Assembly (NCBI GenBank): GCA_043228905.1
Contig: JBHGNT010000011.1
Location: forward strand, 14,632,001 to 14,696,000
Direction: 5' to 3'
DNA from: Azolla caroliniana
Taxonomy: Eukaryota > Plantae > Polypodiophyta
DNA length: 64,000 bases
How positions within the stretch are numbered: the first letter of the stretch is position 1; every line of letters begins with the position of its first letter. The notes beneath the pieces are model-generated. The model made no database searches and was not told the DNA's origin. It was given only the letters and a program-made list of their open reading frames with translations. Positions 23,601 through 37,979 of the stretch are shown piece after piece. Both the position numbers and the translations under genes were made by a program.

Positions 23601-24916
23601 TGTGGGAAGGTCCAGGAAAAAGTATAGAATGTTGGAGACAATTTATGTCATTGCCAATATAGGACCATGCCAACATCCTCCATGGAATCAGGGGTGGATG
23701 GGCTATGAGATCTGAAATCATTAACGCTCTACTGATTAGGGAAGCTGCTCATCAAAGGACGACAATGGAGAAATGGAACAAGGAGGAGGGATCTTTGCTC
23801 CCAACACACCGGACAGGATCAAAGGCTCTGAATTGCAGGACAACGAGGCATCAACACATCGTAAGGCAATTCGAGTACTAGCATATACTAGGCATAAATG
23901 GATTGTAGATCATGATCCGATCAAAGTACAACCAGATTGACACATATGTACTCATGAAAACACATGGCTACGTAAGGTCAATTGGGACCCTTTGCAATGG
24001 ACATGGTGTGATCCTTACGCAGGGCAAGGAAGAAAACATATCCCTTTCTTTCAATTCACAACTAGACTGGGCCGTCATGTTATAGCCGCTCAATCTGCCC
24101 CAGATCCGGTTGCTGCAAAGGTCTAGAAAACATATCATGTTCCTAACACAATTATCACCAAGTTTTGGCAGAAACTCTGGAAACAACAACACACGAGGCG
24201 AATCACCACTTTCCAATGGCTATTAATACATAAGTCACTACCGGTTGGTGCATGGCAGCGTGGGAACCTCACCTCTCCTAATTGTGTAGCGTGTCCAACT
24301 GTAGTAGAATCAATACGACACGCTCTATGGGACTGCCCAGAGTCCCATCGAATATGGCGGGGGGTTGGCCGCTTATTGCAATTATGCCAAGTGCAAGGCT
24401 CAATCAAGTGGGGGAATGTATGTTGGCTATCATGGCAGGCCCCAGTTGACAGATATGAGCATAAGGAAGAGGGGATGATTTTGGTTATAAAAGCACAAGA
24501 GGTTTTTTTCTCCACCATCGACAATGTCCACTCAACTCCTATCAATGCCAAATCTCAAGTTGTGTTGGAATTGATCAGCCCAATAACTTTTTGGATTCTA
24601 TGGAAACAACGGTATAGACAGGTCTTTTCCAACCAAACCGTGCCGCCAATAGTGTTAGTGAAAGAGATATGGAGTGAAGTGGTAGCCACTCTAAAGAGCC
24701 AATATGATGGCCTCAAGGGTGATTCCGATGGAGTTGAAAGACAACGACTAGCCTTCATCCAACAATGGTTGTCCTCCCACTTTATTGAGTCGGTGGACAT
24801 CCACATGAGATGGACCTATTGTGTCCCTATAGGAATTTGTATATACTAATCTCATTTGTAAAATTTTATAACTAATGGAAGGAGTATTTTTTTGGAAAAA
24901 GAAAAAAGAAAAAAAG
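20655..24916 (+). mobile_element. LINE-2, 5'-truncated and decayed (endonuclease-RT-zf-RVT pseudogene)
   Basis: LQEHH, NVYAPN, GGDFN, IDRLY, SDH, DFEKAYD, EFADD, GGLGL. A-rich tail. 17-bp TSD aagggttgcttgtttaa at 20638-20654 and 24917-24933. Many stops and frameshifts. Confidence 0.92.
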
Positions 24917-25033
24917 AAGGGTTGCTTGTTTAAGACATATTGGCACCTTGGTCCTTCAACTGTGTTTTAAATATGACTCATCAATGACAAGAAGAGTATA
25001 ACACATGATTTAACACATTGGTAGTTATTTCTT

Positions 25034-25201
25034 CTTCTTCTTTTTTTTCCCCAAAAAAACTCCTATTAGTTATAAAAATTTACAGATGAGAGTGTTATAT
25101 ACAAATCCATGTACGGACACGATAGTTCCATCTTATGTGGATACCCACTGACTCAAGAAAGGGAAAGGATGACTATTGTTGGATGAAGGCTAATCGTTGT
25201 C
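25034..25201 (-). mobile_element. Very short 5'-truncated insertion of the LINE-2 family (3' end only)
   Basis: Reverse complement aligns to ~24740-24900. TSD ttggt(a/g)gttatttctt at 25018-25033 and 25202-25217. Confidence 0.8.
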
Positions 25202-27049
25202 TTGGTGGTTATTTCTTGTTCACCTGAGGAGAATGTTGTCACAATCAATATTCAAATCATCGACTCAATTGATTGAATTCATGGTCCATCTATTTGTTTA
25301 CGTGACAAGTGATGGGAAACAATATTATTTTATTGTTTAGTTCATGTTAACATATGTTTAAATTTTTGCATAGCAAGATAGTCCTCGATTTTGGAAAAGT
25401 TAAATCATTGCGCACCAAAATTGTATCTCATATTGTGGTCGTAGTCATGTACATAACCCGCAAAGGAGATGTGAGTCTCATACCAATGGAAACCATACTT
25501 GGTTGACAATGGACATTAGTTTGATATGGTATATCACATGTGTACAAGTGTGTGGGAATTTGTAGAATTCATAGCGCCATGATGTAAATAGTTTGAATAT
25601 GTCACCTAGTTTCATAAACTAAATGATGTTATCATAAACCTTTATGTAAAGGAGAATCTTTGAGCCTCATTTTATGGATTTGGGGAGGAAACATGTGGAC
25701 CATGGGGTAATTGGTTTGATTTGGCAAACATGCTTTAATGAATTTGTCATGGTATGAAAAGAGTTACAAGAAAGAGAACAAATGGAACTTGAGTCTATGG
25801 GTTAGCAAACTAATAGACCTTGCGGTCATTAAGTTCAATAGAATTAGATTCTCAAGAGGAAACGATGGATGGAAGTAGTGAAGAGAAGATTGTTTGTAAT
25901 TATGGTTGCAATCATTCCCTAATTCGAGAACATTACTAGGAAACATAAAACTGTCACAAACTTTTATTATAAGCATGTCACTTCCTCAACCAATGGTAGG
26001 AGGAAGTGACAACGGCAAAATGAAGAGAATGAGGAAATTCAAAAATTTTAAGTTTTCTTGACTAGAAGAATCCAATGAATATTGTAACTATTTGTGATGA
26101 AGCTTTCAAAATTAAATCTATCAATAAATGCCGAGTATCCCCAAAACAAAATGATTAAATATGACTCTATGAGCACCAAAAAGATAGAGAAATATTGTAA
26201 CACAATCTTCTCAAAACCTATTGTAACACAATCATAAGGGTACGTTCAAGATATGATTTGTGTCACATTTTGCCACATCATCTTTATGAATGGTTAGCCT
26301 TGTTGAACTCCAATTGTTGCACATAATATTGTTCGTCTTTTTTACTACATTGAAGCATAGTTTTCTTTTAGAAATGTAGTGCAAATCAATAAAAATTCAA
26401 TGAAGGAACATAATCATTGCATTAAAATCCAATGATAGGCATGCCACTCATGAGAAATACCTAGATTCTAAACAAACATTGAATGCTGAACAATTAGATG
26501 TTGGTAGATATATAAAGGTATCCGACAACCTAAACCACTTATAGGTAGTCACCAATTTAATCCTAGGAATAAATAGTCTAGAAATGTGATATGGTTAGGT
26601 GTAGAAATATTGATAAATTGGTACTTACATATTTTGAGGGTGTCTACTTGATTCTTACATGTTTGTGTGAAATTACTAATGCATCCATAGTAGATATTTG
26701 AAAGGAAACAATCAATGAAGTCCTTTACAACACAGTTTGGAGTTCTATGTTGAGAAGTTATTCTTAGTTTCCCTTCTTTCTTATTGAAATCCCATATCAT
26801 TTGTGAAGGAATATATATTAAATGTTTTTATTTGTTGCATGATTTGGCTTTGAGTATAAAGTTTATTGTGAGAAGGATACTCCTATTTATATTCTCACAT
26901 CAATCAAGTTATATGTTACCCCATGGAGTATGATCATATCTAGGTGGAGTTAACTCATAGCTTTTGTTGATGATCAAGAGGAATATTGGAAACAATTACG
27001 TATTGGTCAGAATAGGTCTAATAGACAATGTTATTTAGTGTATATAATT

Positions 27050-27985
27050 TGAATAAATGATTTGCTAGTAGGGAATGGTTTTAAACTACGAACAATACCC
27101 ACTTAAAATAGGTGAATCATTCTGGCTACAATATGAATGGGTTTTGCATGTCTTGCATAGCTAGAATATACATCAGCTCAGAATTGGAAAAATATGGAAC
27201 CAATGATGAAGTCATTGCCGGTTCAGATTACTCTGATCATATGCCGGTTAAGATAATGCTAGTAACACAGAGGAGGCTAGCAAGGGATTGCAATCCGAGG
27301 ATAAACAAAAAACGTTTTTACGATGTGGAGGTGAATAGGAAGATAAGGACCATATGGAAAAGTACTTCGCCTGGTTTTGGCGCAATTGATAAACTTTGAG
27401 GGAAGATTATTGAAACCTCATTGTATTTGCACATAGAGGCTAAAAGTAGAATTGCGAGGTCTAAGGAGGAAGAAATGTAATTAAGGAGATCAATAGCGAC
27501 TGCCCAATGACTATAATTACAGAAAGATCCCGAGTGCCATTGGTCCAAGGTAGGCCTTGAGGCTGCCAGAGAAATGTTGTAGCACTTGATTGCATCTAGG
27601 AATAAAATGTTTTTCAGGAGTTTTGTGGGATGGTGGAGCAAAAATGGGGATAAGGTGAATTAACATTTTTTCATGCATAAAAGCCTCGAACGAACTGTAG
27701 CTACAATCCAAAGCTGGTTAAGGAAGATGGCTCAATGCCAGAGGATGTTTCAGAGATCTCGGAGACGGTCACATCACACTATCATGAGTTGCTTTCAGAT
27801 AACTATAGTATCCACGAACAATCTACTTTGATAGAATTTGTGCTGGAGGGAATGCAACACATAATTTCAGATGTGGCACAAGATAATCTTTCAAGGCCTC
27901 TCTTGGAAGAGGAGGTAGCAAATGCTTTCGCGGGTATTTGCAGAAGGTCGTGTCTAGGCTCTGATAGATTAGCAAGAGATTTGCC
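27050..27985 (+). pseudogene. Decayed LINE ORF2 fragment (endonuclease end and linker)
   Basis: IARIY..SDHMPV, plus linker residues LSRPLLEEEVANA..CLGSD. Many stops. Confidence 0.65.
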
Positions 27986-28545
27986 CTATCACCAATACCC
28001 TACTTGAGCTTCCTCAGTAAAGGGTCATCGCAACCGTTCTCCATTTTACGGGTAATCCCAACCCCTCCATGATTTTTTCTAAAAAAAGACCACTAAACTC
28101 TGTCATACAACTTCTAAGAGTCTAGCATGGGACATGCTATGTGTTTATTGGTTTTCTTTGCCAAGGTAGTCACCTCCCAAAATGTCAACACATTATCAGT
28201 TATGCTTATCTTTTCCATGAACCCTGTTTCCATGAACCCTGCCATGGAAGTTGTGTTCGAAGGGGTGTGTTGAGAATTGAACTCAACTTCCCATAGCTAG
28301 GTTTCACACTAGCTCATGGACATTCCAGGCTAGTTTTGTAAATCGTAGAAAGGGCGCTTGCCATAGCTTAGTTGGTATATAAACCAACTCATTGTAACTT
28401 AGTCGTTGTTGGATGTATCTCGTTTTGTTAATAATATATACACTTTTGTCTATCTTTCTCTCTCTCTCTCTCTACTATTACACAAACACACATACATTCA
28501 CCTTCCGCTACATTGCAACCACTCTTGGCTTCCCATTTCTTAATA
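27986..28545 (+). mobile_element. Copia-B 3' end: 3'UTR, PPT and 3' LTR (28268-28545)
   Basis: Purine tract gaaggggtg precedes TGTTGAGAAT. The LTR is highly similar to 33345-33630 and is followed by ggcac. Confidence 0.85.
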
Positions 28546-28550
28546 GGCAC

Positions 28551-31500
28551 ATACTTCAAGACTAATTACATCGTAACTTGCCCACAAAATATTCTAGTTG
28601 ACATGATTAGCCAATCCTATTACCTATTTCGCTCTTTCCTAAATACATTGTGTCCTACACATCTACGGTTTCCTAGATTAACACCTTATCAACCCATATG
28701 GTCGAGTTGCACACTAGTCACTCCTCATTTGGGGCGCTATCACAAAATGTGCCCTCTAAGAGCACATATGGGGATAGATTTACAACTTCAGGCTGATCAT
28801 TGATTATATCTAACATGCCCCCTCAATGATCAACCCATTGAGTTCACTTGGTATTGGGCCAACTCCTAGTCGTCGAAGGTGTTGTTGTAGTTGTTCTGCT
28901 CCAAGCCCCTTTGTGAAGATATCCACAACATTTTTTGATGTCGGACAATACTCAAGCTCCACAATCTCATCATTTATTAGCTCCCGCACATAGTGATACT
29001 GAATCTCTATGTGTTTAGTACGTGCATGAAATACGGGGTTCTTGGCAATGGCCATGCAACTCTGATTGTCACACCTCAATACTGTTGCCGTCCTTATTGG
29101 AACCGCCACATCCATAAGGATTCTTCTTAGCCAAACTACCTCGCATGCCGCTATGCATGCTGCTTTGTATTCGACCTCCGTTGAAGATAGTGCCAATGTT
29201 GGTTGTTTTTTACTAATCCATGAAACAACTCCAGAGCCTATTGAAAACAATATCTAGAAATTGATTTTCTAGAATCACTATCTCCAGCCCAGTTAGAGTC
29301 GCAATACCCACTAAGTTCGTCAATTGTTGGCTTGTAGAAGATTCCGTAATTTAAAGTACCGACAATGTACTTTAATACACGTAGTGCAGCTTTCCAATGA
29401 GTCTCCTTCGGTTTGTTGCTGAATCGACTTACCACATTGATTGCAAAACAGATATCCGGCCTAGAGTTGCATAGGAAAATTAAACTTCCTACTACCTGTC
29501 TATACTTCCTTATGTCAACCATTGGTGACGGGTCTTCTTGGAATAGCTTGCAGTTTGACTCCATTGGAGTCGACTTCGACTTGCTGTCCATCATTCCAAA
29601 GGTCTTCAAGATCTCCGTTGCATACTTTCTTTGTGACACGAAGATGCCAACCGAGGTTTGCCAAACCTCAATTTCAAGGAAGTAGTGTAGAATCCCCAAG
29701 TTTGTCATTTCAAACACTCTTGTGTTTGACCAATACACTCTTCATGGTCACCAGTAAGTACTAGATCATCCACGTAAATGATGATGATGACTTGTTTCCC
29801 GTCCTTCATTTTGACATACATACTTGCATCCGAAGCACATTGCTTAAAGTTGATTGAACGTAAGAAGCTGTCTATCCTCTTGTTCCAAGCTCTTGGTGCT
29901 TGCTTTAGACCATACAACGCCTTCTTCAGCTTGCAGACTTTGTTTTCTGAATTCGGCATCTCAAACCCTGGTGGTTGTGTCACGTATACCTCCTCCTTGA
30001 GATGGCCATTCAGAAATGCTGATTTGACATCCATTTGATAAATCGGCCATCCTCTGGAAGCAGCCAATGCTATGACCATTCAAATTATTGTCATGCGAGC
30101 TGTCGGGGCAAGTGTTTCTTGTACATCGAACCTTTCAATTTGGGAGTATCCTTCTGCCACAAGCCTCGCCTTGAATTTCTCCAAAGAACCATCAGCTTTA
30201 TACTTTACTTTCCACACCCACTTGGTGCCTATCACCTTCCTCTTTGTTGGCCTCTCTACCAACTCCCATGTATCCTTTTTCATGATGCTACCGTATTATG
30301 ATATCATCGCCTCTTTCCACTTCGGGTCGGCCATGGCTTCCTCCACCGAGGTCGGCTCACTTACTGAGCCTATGATGTCTGCCATCAGAGCCATGTTGAG
30401 AATGTGGTTAGAGGTTCTCCCTTGCTCCTATATTCTTCTTGATCTTTGTAATCCATCAGTTGAAGTTTCAGGAAACTCAAATTTAGGAGTACGGTCATTG
30501 AAGAGTTGTAGAGCCCACTTAGGTATTTTCTTTTACATGTGGGACTGACATAGGCTGAATTAGCGAGCCATTACCATCAGATGGTTGAGCTTCCTTTTCT
30601 GGACAGTGGGTTGGGATTGGGTGGAATACTTCTTCGGTTGATGAGGTAACTTGAGAATCGCTGTTCTCAGCTAGCTGTGGTCATTCCTCATCAAACACAT
30701 CGCGGCTTGTCAATATCTTTCTTACCTCTGGATCGTAGAGTCGATAGGCCTTTGACTCTTCACTATATCCAAGAAAGATATACCGCTTGCTTTTAGCATC
30801 CAACTTCTTTCTGCTCACATCTGGAACATGTGCGTAGCATGTACACCCAAAGGTTCTGAAGTGCAACACTGAAGGTTTCTTGCCTGAATAAGCTTCTTGG
30901 GATGTTCTCCCTTGAAGTGCCTTCGTGTAGCTCCGATTGAGGATGTAAACTGCTGTATTCATTGCTTCAGCCTAGAATGGGTCAGGCAACGCTTGTGCCT
31001 TCAACATACACCTAGCCATCTCGACAATTGTTCGGTTTTGACGTTTAACAACACCATTTTGTTGTGTGGTGTAGGTAGTTGTAAGTTGGTGCTTAATTCC
31101 ATGCTCTTTGTAGTACTCACAGAATTCTATTGATAATAATTCTCCACCTCGATTAGAGCGTAACTCCTTCACTAACTTTCCGGACTCTTGCTTGACAAAC
31201 TTATGGCATCTTTTGAAGATTTTAAAAGCTTTAGCCTTCTCCCGAAGGAAGTAAACCCACATCTTTCTATTGAAGTCATCGACTAGTAACATATAGTAGA
31301 GAGATCCACCCATTGCAGGAGTCACCATTTTTCCAGAGAGGTCGATGTGTTTTAGCTGTAGAGGATTCTTTGTCCTATTTTGACTCTCTTTTGGAATGAC
31401 TGATCTTTGATGCTTGCCCAATGTCATACAAGCATCACAAACATGACTTAAGTCAGATAGGGTTGACAACCCAACTACCATATTCGACTTCTTCATCTCC

Positions 31501-33339
31501 TTCAACACAACAACATTGAGATGCCCAAATCTCTCATGCCATTGCTTTGTGTTAGTACTTGTGCTGTGGTCAGTAGAAATCGTAAACGCGCTGAGCTCAT
31601 AGAGATTGTTGCGCCTTACCCCTATTCCTATAACCTTGCCAACAGAATCTGTTATTTCTGCACCCGACTTCTTGAATCGAACATCAAGACCCTTGTCGTT
31701 CAGTGCAGAAATGGACAATAGATTCTTCTTGAGATCTGGCACGTACAACACTTGAGAGAGATGCTTTGTCCCGCCGGTCATTGCTTTGAGGGAGACAGTT
31801 CCGGTTCCTTTGGTTGGACATCGAGCATTGTTCCCAACCACAACATTGATGGGCTCTTGTAGAGGTGTCCAAGAGCTATACCAGTCATGATTACTGGTCA
31901 TATGTCGGGACACTCCACTATCGAGAATCCAAGAGTCCTCGAAAAATTGAGTGTCAACTGAAGAACACACTTGTTCAGTTGCGACCCATAACTCAAGCTC
32001 ATCTACGACATTGTTAGTGGACTCGGGATCTCTCCAAGAAGTCTTACTAGAACCATTCTTCTCGTCCGCCATCTTCTTCCGACAATCCTTGATTGTGTGA
32101 CCCTTCTTGTCACAGTAGAAACACGATCCATTGAACTTCTTCTTCTTTGGTATCCTATTCGCATTGTTTGAATTGGATGCCCCTTTACCCTTAGTCCTAG
32201 AGACAAATGCCGAATCTTCCCTTCCTTCTCTTGTCTTCAGCCGAAGCTCCTCTTCAAGCAGCATCGCACTTAGTTCATCAAATTTTAAAGGAGTGGGTTG
32301 AACCTGAGTGTTCAATGCTGTCACAATGCCATCATACTTTAAAGGAAGTACTCGAATGCACCGACGAGCCATATCCTCTGGAGAGACAGTTACTCCAACA
32401 ACCGCCAGCTGATCTTGAAGATCCTTAATCCTTTTTACAAAGGATTCTACTTTCTCTCCATCAACAAGCTTCTCTGCAACAAGTTTTTTTGTAGCAAGCT
32501 TATTTTCGAGGTTATGTTTCCTTGTATAATAACTGGTTTCATACTGGTTGGCCAATATGCTCCAAGTTTTATGTTGCACTAATGTCAGTACAGAGTCACA
32601 TACACCAGTGACTATGGTACACAACGCATCAACATTCCTTCTCTTCCAGGCTCGAAGTAGATCAACATTTGGAGGGATTGATGTGGTAGGGTGTGCAAGG
32701 TCAAAAGTTGCCATGGGCTCAAGGTCTCCTCCTGTGGGTCCCATGATTGTCTCCAACAACTCGTAGGAGTCCAAAATGGCAGACATTTTGAACTTCCATA
32801 GAGTGTAGTTGGTTCCATCTAGCTTTCCATCAGATAATGGAGGTGGGCGAATGCGCAATGGAGCAGCTGCAACATTCGTGGACAAGGCCATTGATACTCT
32901 CTCTCTCTCTCTGTGTGCTGCTAACAACTACCCGTATACACCTAATCTAGATCAACCTCGCTCTGATACCATGTTAGAAATATTGAGAATTGATTAGATA
33001 GGTGTATAGAGTTACAATAACAGAGATGGATATATGAAAACAAAACTTCTATTACATATGAGAGTAGCTCACAATGGTAGTTTACCTATGTGCTCACACC
33101 TTAGAGCTTAGATAGGATATGAACCAACTCACTACAAAATTAGTGGGGACCGATGATCAATCCAACAACTGTGTGAGAAAGTGGATTATATTCTATGTTT
33201 GGTCTAAGTATAACATTAAATGTGCAAGTCAGTTGATAGTAGTGGAGATATTCCTTTTTTGTCAACTGACTTGTCATTTAATATGATCCCATTCCCTAGA
33301 TATAGGCCAATGCTAGATAGTACTTATCTTGAAGTCAAT
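28551..33339 (-). mobile_element. Copia-A, decayed gag-pol flanked by two complementary halves of one LTR (28551-28815 and 32972-33339)
   Basis: Gag KLDGTNYTLW, CFYCDKKGH knuckle, PR DSG, IN, RT YVDD, RNaseH. PBS-Met tggtatcagagc at 32971-32960. PPT gagggggca at ~28816-28825. LTR ends tgttaga/tctaaca. Confidence 0.9.
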
Positions 33340-33344
33340 GGCAC

Positions 33345-33525
33345 TGTTGAGAATCGAACTCAACTTCCCATAGATAGGTTTCACACTAGCTCATGGACAT
33401 TCCAGGCTAGTTTTGTAAATAGTAGAAAGGGCGTTTGCCCTAGCTTAGTTGGTATATAAACCAACTCATTGTAACTTAGTCATTGTTGGATGTATCTCGT
33501 TTTGTTAATAATATATACACTTTTG

Positions 33526-33564
<39 letters not shown>

Positions 33565-36260
33565 TTACACACACACATACGTTCACCTTCCGCGACATTG
33601 CAACCACTCTTGCCTTCCCATTTCTTAACATGGTATCAGAGCGAGTGGTTGCCTGATCAAGCATTTTTGACTGTGTTGTGCTGCAGGCCGCCAATCAACA
33701 GAACCGACCCATCGACAGAGAAGAAATCACCATGAATACTCAAATGGGAAATGCTCTTCCTACCGAGAAGCTCGACAGAACGAACTTTGCATCTTGGGAA
33801 TACAAGATGCATCAATATCTTGTCGGACAAGGCTACTGGAGCTACATCGAAGGAGCTCACGAATCACACCCCAACCCAACACACGCTGACTATCCCGCTT
33901 GGGAGCAGCCCGCAAGCCGTGTGTTGTATTGCCTTGCATCATGTGTTCATGATCACATGCTTGGCTACATTCGAGAGGCAAAAACGCCGAAGCAGGCGTG
34001 GGAAAATCTCAAAAAGATTTTCGCAGCCAACACGGCCACACGCAAGCTCCAGCTTCGTCAGGAGCATCCAATAGAGAGACATGTCAATCTCAAGCTATAC
34101 CTTGAAGATCAAGGAGCTATGTGACGCCCTCAGATCGATCAACGTCATCACTGACGATGACGAACTGATGTAGATATGCCTTGGAGGCTTAACACTGCGT
34201 TTTGGCGTGATTAGATCGGTTATTCTCACAAGGGAGAACCCTCCCTCCTTCTTCGACCTTCAGTCAATATTGCTGGTCAAAGAGAATCACGCCCGACAGA
34301 GGAGCAACACACCAGATGGTCATATGCTCTACTCCCAGTCGGATGATAGAAGGAATTTCGGTCGAGGTCACAGAGGTCGCTTCGGACAAGGTCGTAATGA
34401 TTGGCAAAATCAAGAGTGTAACTCTTACCAATGGCAAACAGATAGAAATGGTTCCAGAGAGTTCGGCGGAAGGGGGAGTCATAACGCCGGACCGAGCAAT
34501 CACCCAAACCCAGTCGAGTGCGGGTATTGCCGAAAACCCGGCCACTACGAAGAGGACTGTTGGAAGAAGAAACGTGAGGTAGGTCGACAACTGACAAATT
34601 ACGCCACGAACTCTGACTATGGCGACCGTGGCGGAATGTTCATAATCAAGCACAAAGTACACTCCATGTCTGCATTTGCGACAACTAGCGCCTCCACTCC
34701 TAATAGTGTATGTTTGTCGATTCGGGAGCTTCCAATCACATGACTTCCCATGAAGATTGGTTTCAGGAATTACAGAAGCCCGAATGTCCCGGATATGTCG
34801 ACTCATCCAATACAACATATTGGGAATGTCCCATTCGGAAATGACGGCGAACAGACCTACCTCAAGAACGTACTGCATGTTCCCACCATCACGAAAAATC
34901 TGGTCTCAGTCGGCCAGATTGTAGAACAAGAAATGCAGGTACGCTTCAACAACGATGGGTGCTTCATTGAAAAAGGTGATCAAATCGTAGCTCACGGCAG
35001 ACGAGAAGGCCGTATGTTCATCCTCGAGTTGAGCAAAGTAAAGTCGGCTATGTACGCAAAGGGCCAGAAAGTCGAAACTGACTTAGAGTTGTGGCACAAG
35101 AGAATCGGCCACATCAATCTCTAGAAGCTTCAGAACATGTAGACAAAAGGAGTCGTAATTGGACTCCCGAAATTTACGGCAAAGGAGATCACGGGCGTGT
35201 GCGAAGCATGCCAATTCGGAAAGCAATGCCATCATCCATTCCCAAAAGAGCGGAATGTAAGCAAATGGATCCTGGATGTCATACATTCAGATGTGTGGGG
35301 GCCAACCCAAACAACTACTTTCGGCGGATGCCGTTACTATGTCACGTTCATCGATGACTTCTCCAGAAATACCTGGATTTATCCGATGAAGCAAAAGAGT
35401 GAAGTGTTCGGCCATTTCCAAAAGTTCAAAGCCGAAGTGGAAAAGGCCACGGGCCGGCATGTACGTTGCCTTCAATCAGATGGAGGCAAAGAATATTTTT
35501 CGGATGAGTTCTCAGCGTATCTCCGCAAGGAAGGAGTCCGACGAGAGTTCTCGTGTCGACATACACCTCGGCAAAACGACATAGCTGAGCGTAAAAGCCG
35601 CCACATAGTAGAAGTCGCACGAGCCATAATGAATGAGAAGAACATGCCGAAATTGTACTGGGCAGAAGAGGCGAACACGACTGTATACCTCATGAATAGG
35701 TGCACAACCTCAGGAGTACACGACATACCTCATGAGAAGTTCTTTGTAAAGAAGCCAGACTTATCGCATGTCCGCATTTTTGGTTCTATCGCCTACGTAC
35801 ATATTCCCGACAATACGCGACAAAAGCTCGATCTAAAGTCGGAGAAATCTATCCTCGTAGGATACTCACTCGAACAGAAGGGGTACAAGTGTTACAACCC
35901 ATCTAACCGAAAAGTTCGCATCAGTCGAGACATAGTCTTTGACGAGTTCGCATCCTGGTACGCACCAGAGAATACTTCGACTCCGCTCAACGTGGATGAC
36001 ACCGAAATAAGAATAGAAGCCGAAGATCGTCTCACACATATGCACGAAGAAAGTCCAATTTCGACAGGGCTAAGCGGACCACAAGAGCCCTCAAGTGATC
36101 AAAGCACATCTCGGCCAAGTCCATTGCTAGACAAAGGCAAGGCGAAAATGCAAGAGTATCAAGATCATTTCGATCTCGACAGTGAGGTTGAAGGCCTTGA
36201 TATCCACACGGACGGCGTGAAGAAACCCCTAGAACCTGCAAATGACAAGCCACGCCGATG
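33345..36260 (+). mobile_element. Copia-B 5' part: 5' LTR (33345-33630), PBS-Met, decayed gag-PR-IN; truncated before RT
   Basis: TG..CA LTR followed by tggtatcagagc. EKLDRTNFASW, CGYCRKPGH, CEAC, HSDVWG, SDGGKEY. Preceded by ggcac. Confidence 0.9.
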
Positions 36261-37455
36261 CCGTAAATTGCTTCTTGCGCGTCGACATTGTGCTTCACTC
36301 TTTCAATTCAATTTGCATTTGTCTGCATTGACCTATCTTACCTCCTCCATGCTTTCTATGGTCTTCAATAAGTCCATTTTGGACAAACATATGTAACCAA
36401 TCACTCTAATTGTTTAGTCCTTATCCTATTGCAAATTTTTATGGGAATAAAAGAAAATGCATTCCAATTTGTCACGCATACTTCTCATGAGCAATCTTCA
36501 AAGAAAAAAGATTCAAAAAAAGAGAAAAATAGAGAAAATAGAGAGAAAGAGAAAAAAAGAGAGACAAAATACATACTTCAGAGTGGTGGAGTGGCAAATA
36601 GCAGATGTCGTGCAATCACCAAGAAGCGACAGGGAGCAACGAGTAGTGAGCGAGCCGGGAGCAATGGGCAACGACCAAGGAATAGGGAGTAGCGATGAAA
36701 CAAAGCAACAAGCAGCGCACGAAGAAGGAACAAGAAGTGTGAAGAAGGAAAGCAAGCAAAGAGAAAAGAGGGGGGATTTGGAAATATTTTCATATACTAT
36801 AGAAATAGCCGGCTTATCCAGCTAAATTCCGGTTGGTCGAAAAATCCTGCCCGGAATAGATTCCGGCTATCCCCAATGGTTGTAGGCAAAAGTCCTAATT
36901 CAGCCTTTGCCCAACGCTGTAATATATATATATATATATATATATGACATGGAAAATAAATTTTAGCATGTCATTTGACATGTATAATTTTTTGGTGCCT
37001 TTCACATGAAAAATGAAAATTGTAAGTTTATATGTCACTTGATGGACATTTTTATTGGGTGTATTTTTTTGACAAGCAAAATTGCCTTTGACAGGTGTGA
37101 CACCCATCAAATTCTTGCCCTGAGCCTCACCCCTTTCTACTATAAAAGGGGGTGAGGGGTCACCATTGAGGGGGTCACCATTTTGTCGTTAGAGGTAGAC
37201 CGTTAGGGTATTTTGTCTTCATATTATCCCTATTTCGTTTTAGGGTTTCGGTTCTTCTTCTTCTTCTTCCTATTTGGTTAGGGTTTCTTTTAGTTGTGCT
37301 TGAATCTGGCTTATATGGCCACAATTGTAATCGTATTGTGGCTTTCGTGCCCTATTATAATGGAATTAGCTTTTTGAACCTTGTCTCCATCTATTTCTCT
37401 ACCGTGTTAATCTCTTCTTCTTTCTCCTACCCTTTTGAGCTAGAGAAGAGCTTGA

Positions 37456-37979
37456 TAATCCCGTGCTCTAGATAGTATGCATCGAAAGCTCCAAGGTATT
37501 CCCCACCATTGTCGGTGCGAATGCATTTAAGATTTTTTCCTGTCTCTCTTTCTACAGAAGCATGAAATTCTTTGAACACATTAAATACTTGGTCCTTAGT
37601 TTTCAATGTTCGAATCCAAAGTTTCCTAGAATAGTCATCAATAAAAGTAACAAAGTAGAGTGCACCACCTATTGATTTTACCTTTAAAGGACCACAAACT
37701 TCTGAATGTACCAACTCAAGTACCTCTTCCTTTCTTGAAGAAGAATGTTGTTTGAATGCGACTCTTCTTTGCTTTCCTACCACACAATGATTGCACATGT
37801 CTAACTTGGCATCTTTTAGACCCGGAAGCAAGCTTTTCTTTGCTAGACAATCAAGCCCCTTCTCACTAATATGAGATAACTTTTATGCCATAGCTCTGAC
37901 ATATTATTGATTTCAGCTATATTCACAAGATTAGTAGAAATAGATGCTTGTAATAAATACAAACTAGACCATTTCTTAC
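37456..37979 (-). mobile_element. Copia-C downstream fragment (pre-integrase and integrase), 3'-truncated
   Basis: CNHC, VHSEVCGP, IRTDNGGEY. The frame joins across Copia-D (GSLVVARGK|KWSSLYLL). Confidence 0.85.

Noticed and set aside
25300-27000. Possible decayed transposase or host exon
   Set aside because: AT-rich with no recognisable motifs in any frame.
36260-37455. Possible gene, DNA-transposon end or LTR fragment between Copia-B and Copia-C
   Set aside because: Low-complexity Lys/Glu ORFs and LTR-like motifs are present, but no termini, TSD or domain could be supported.
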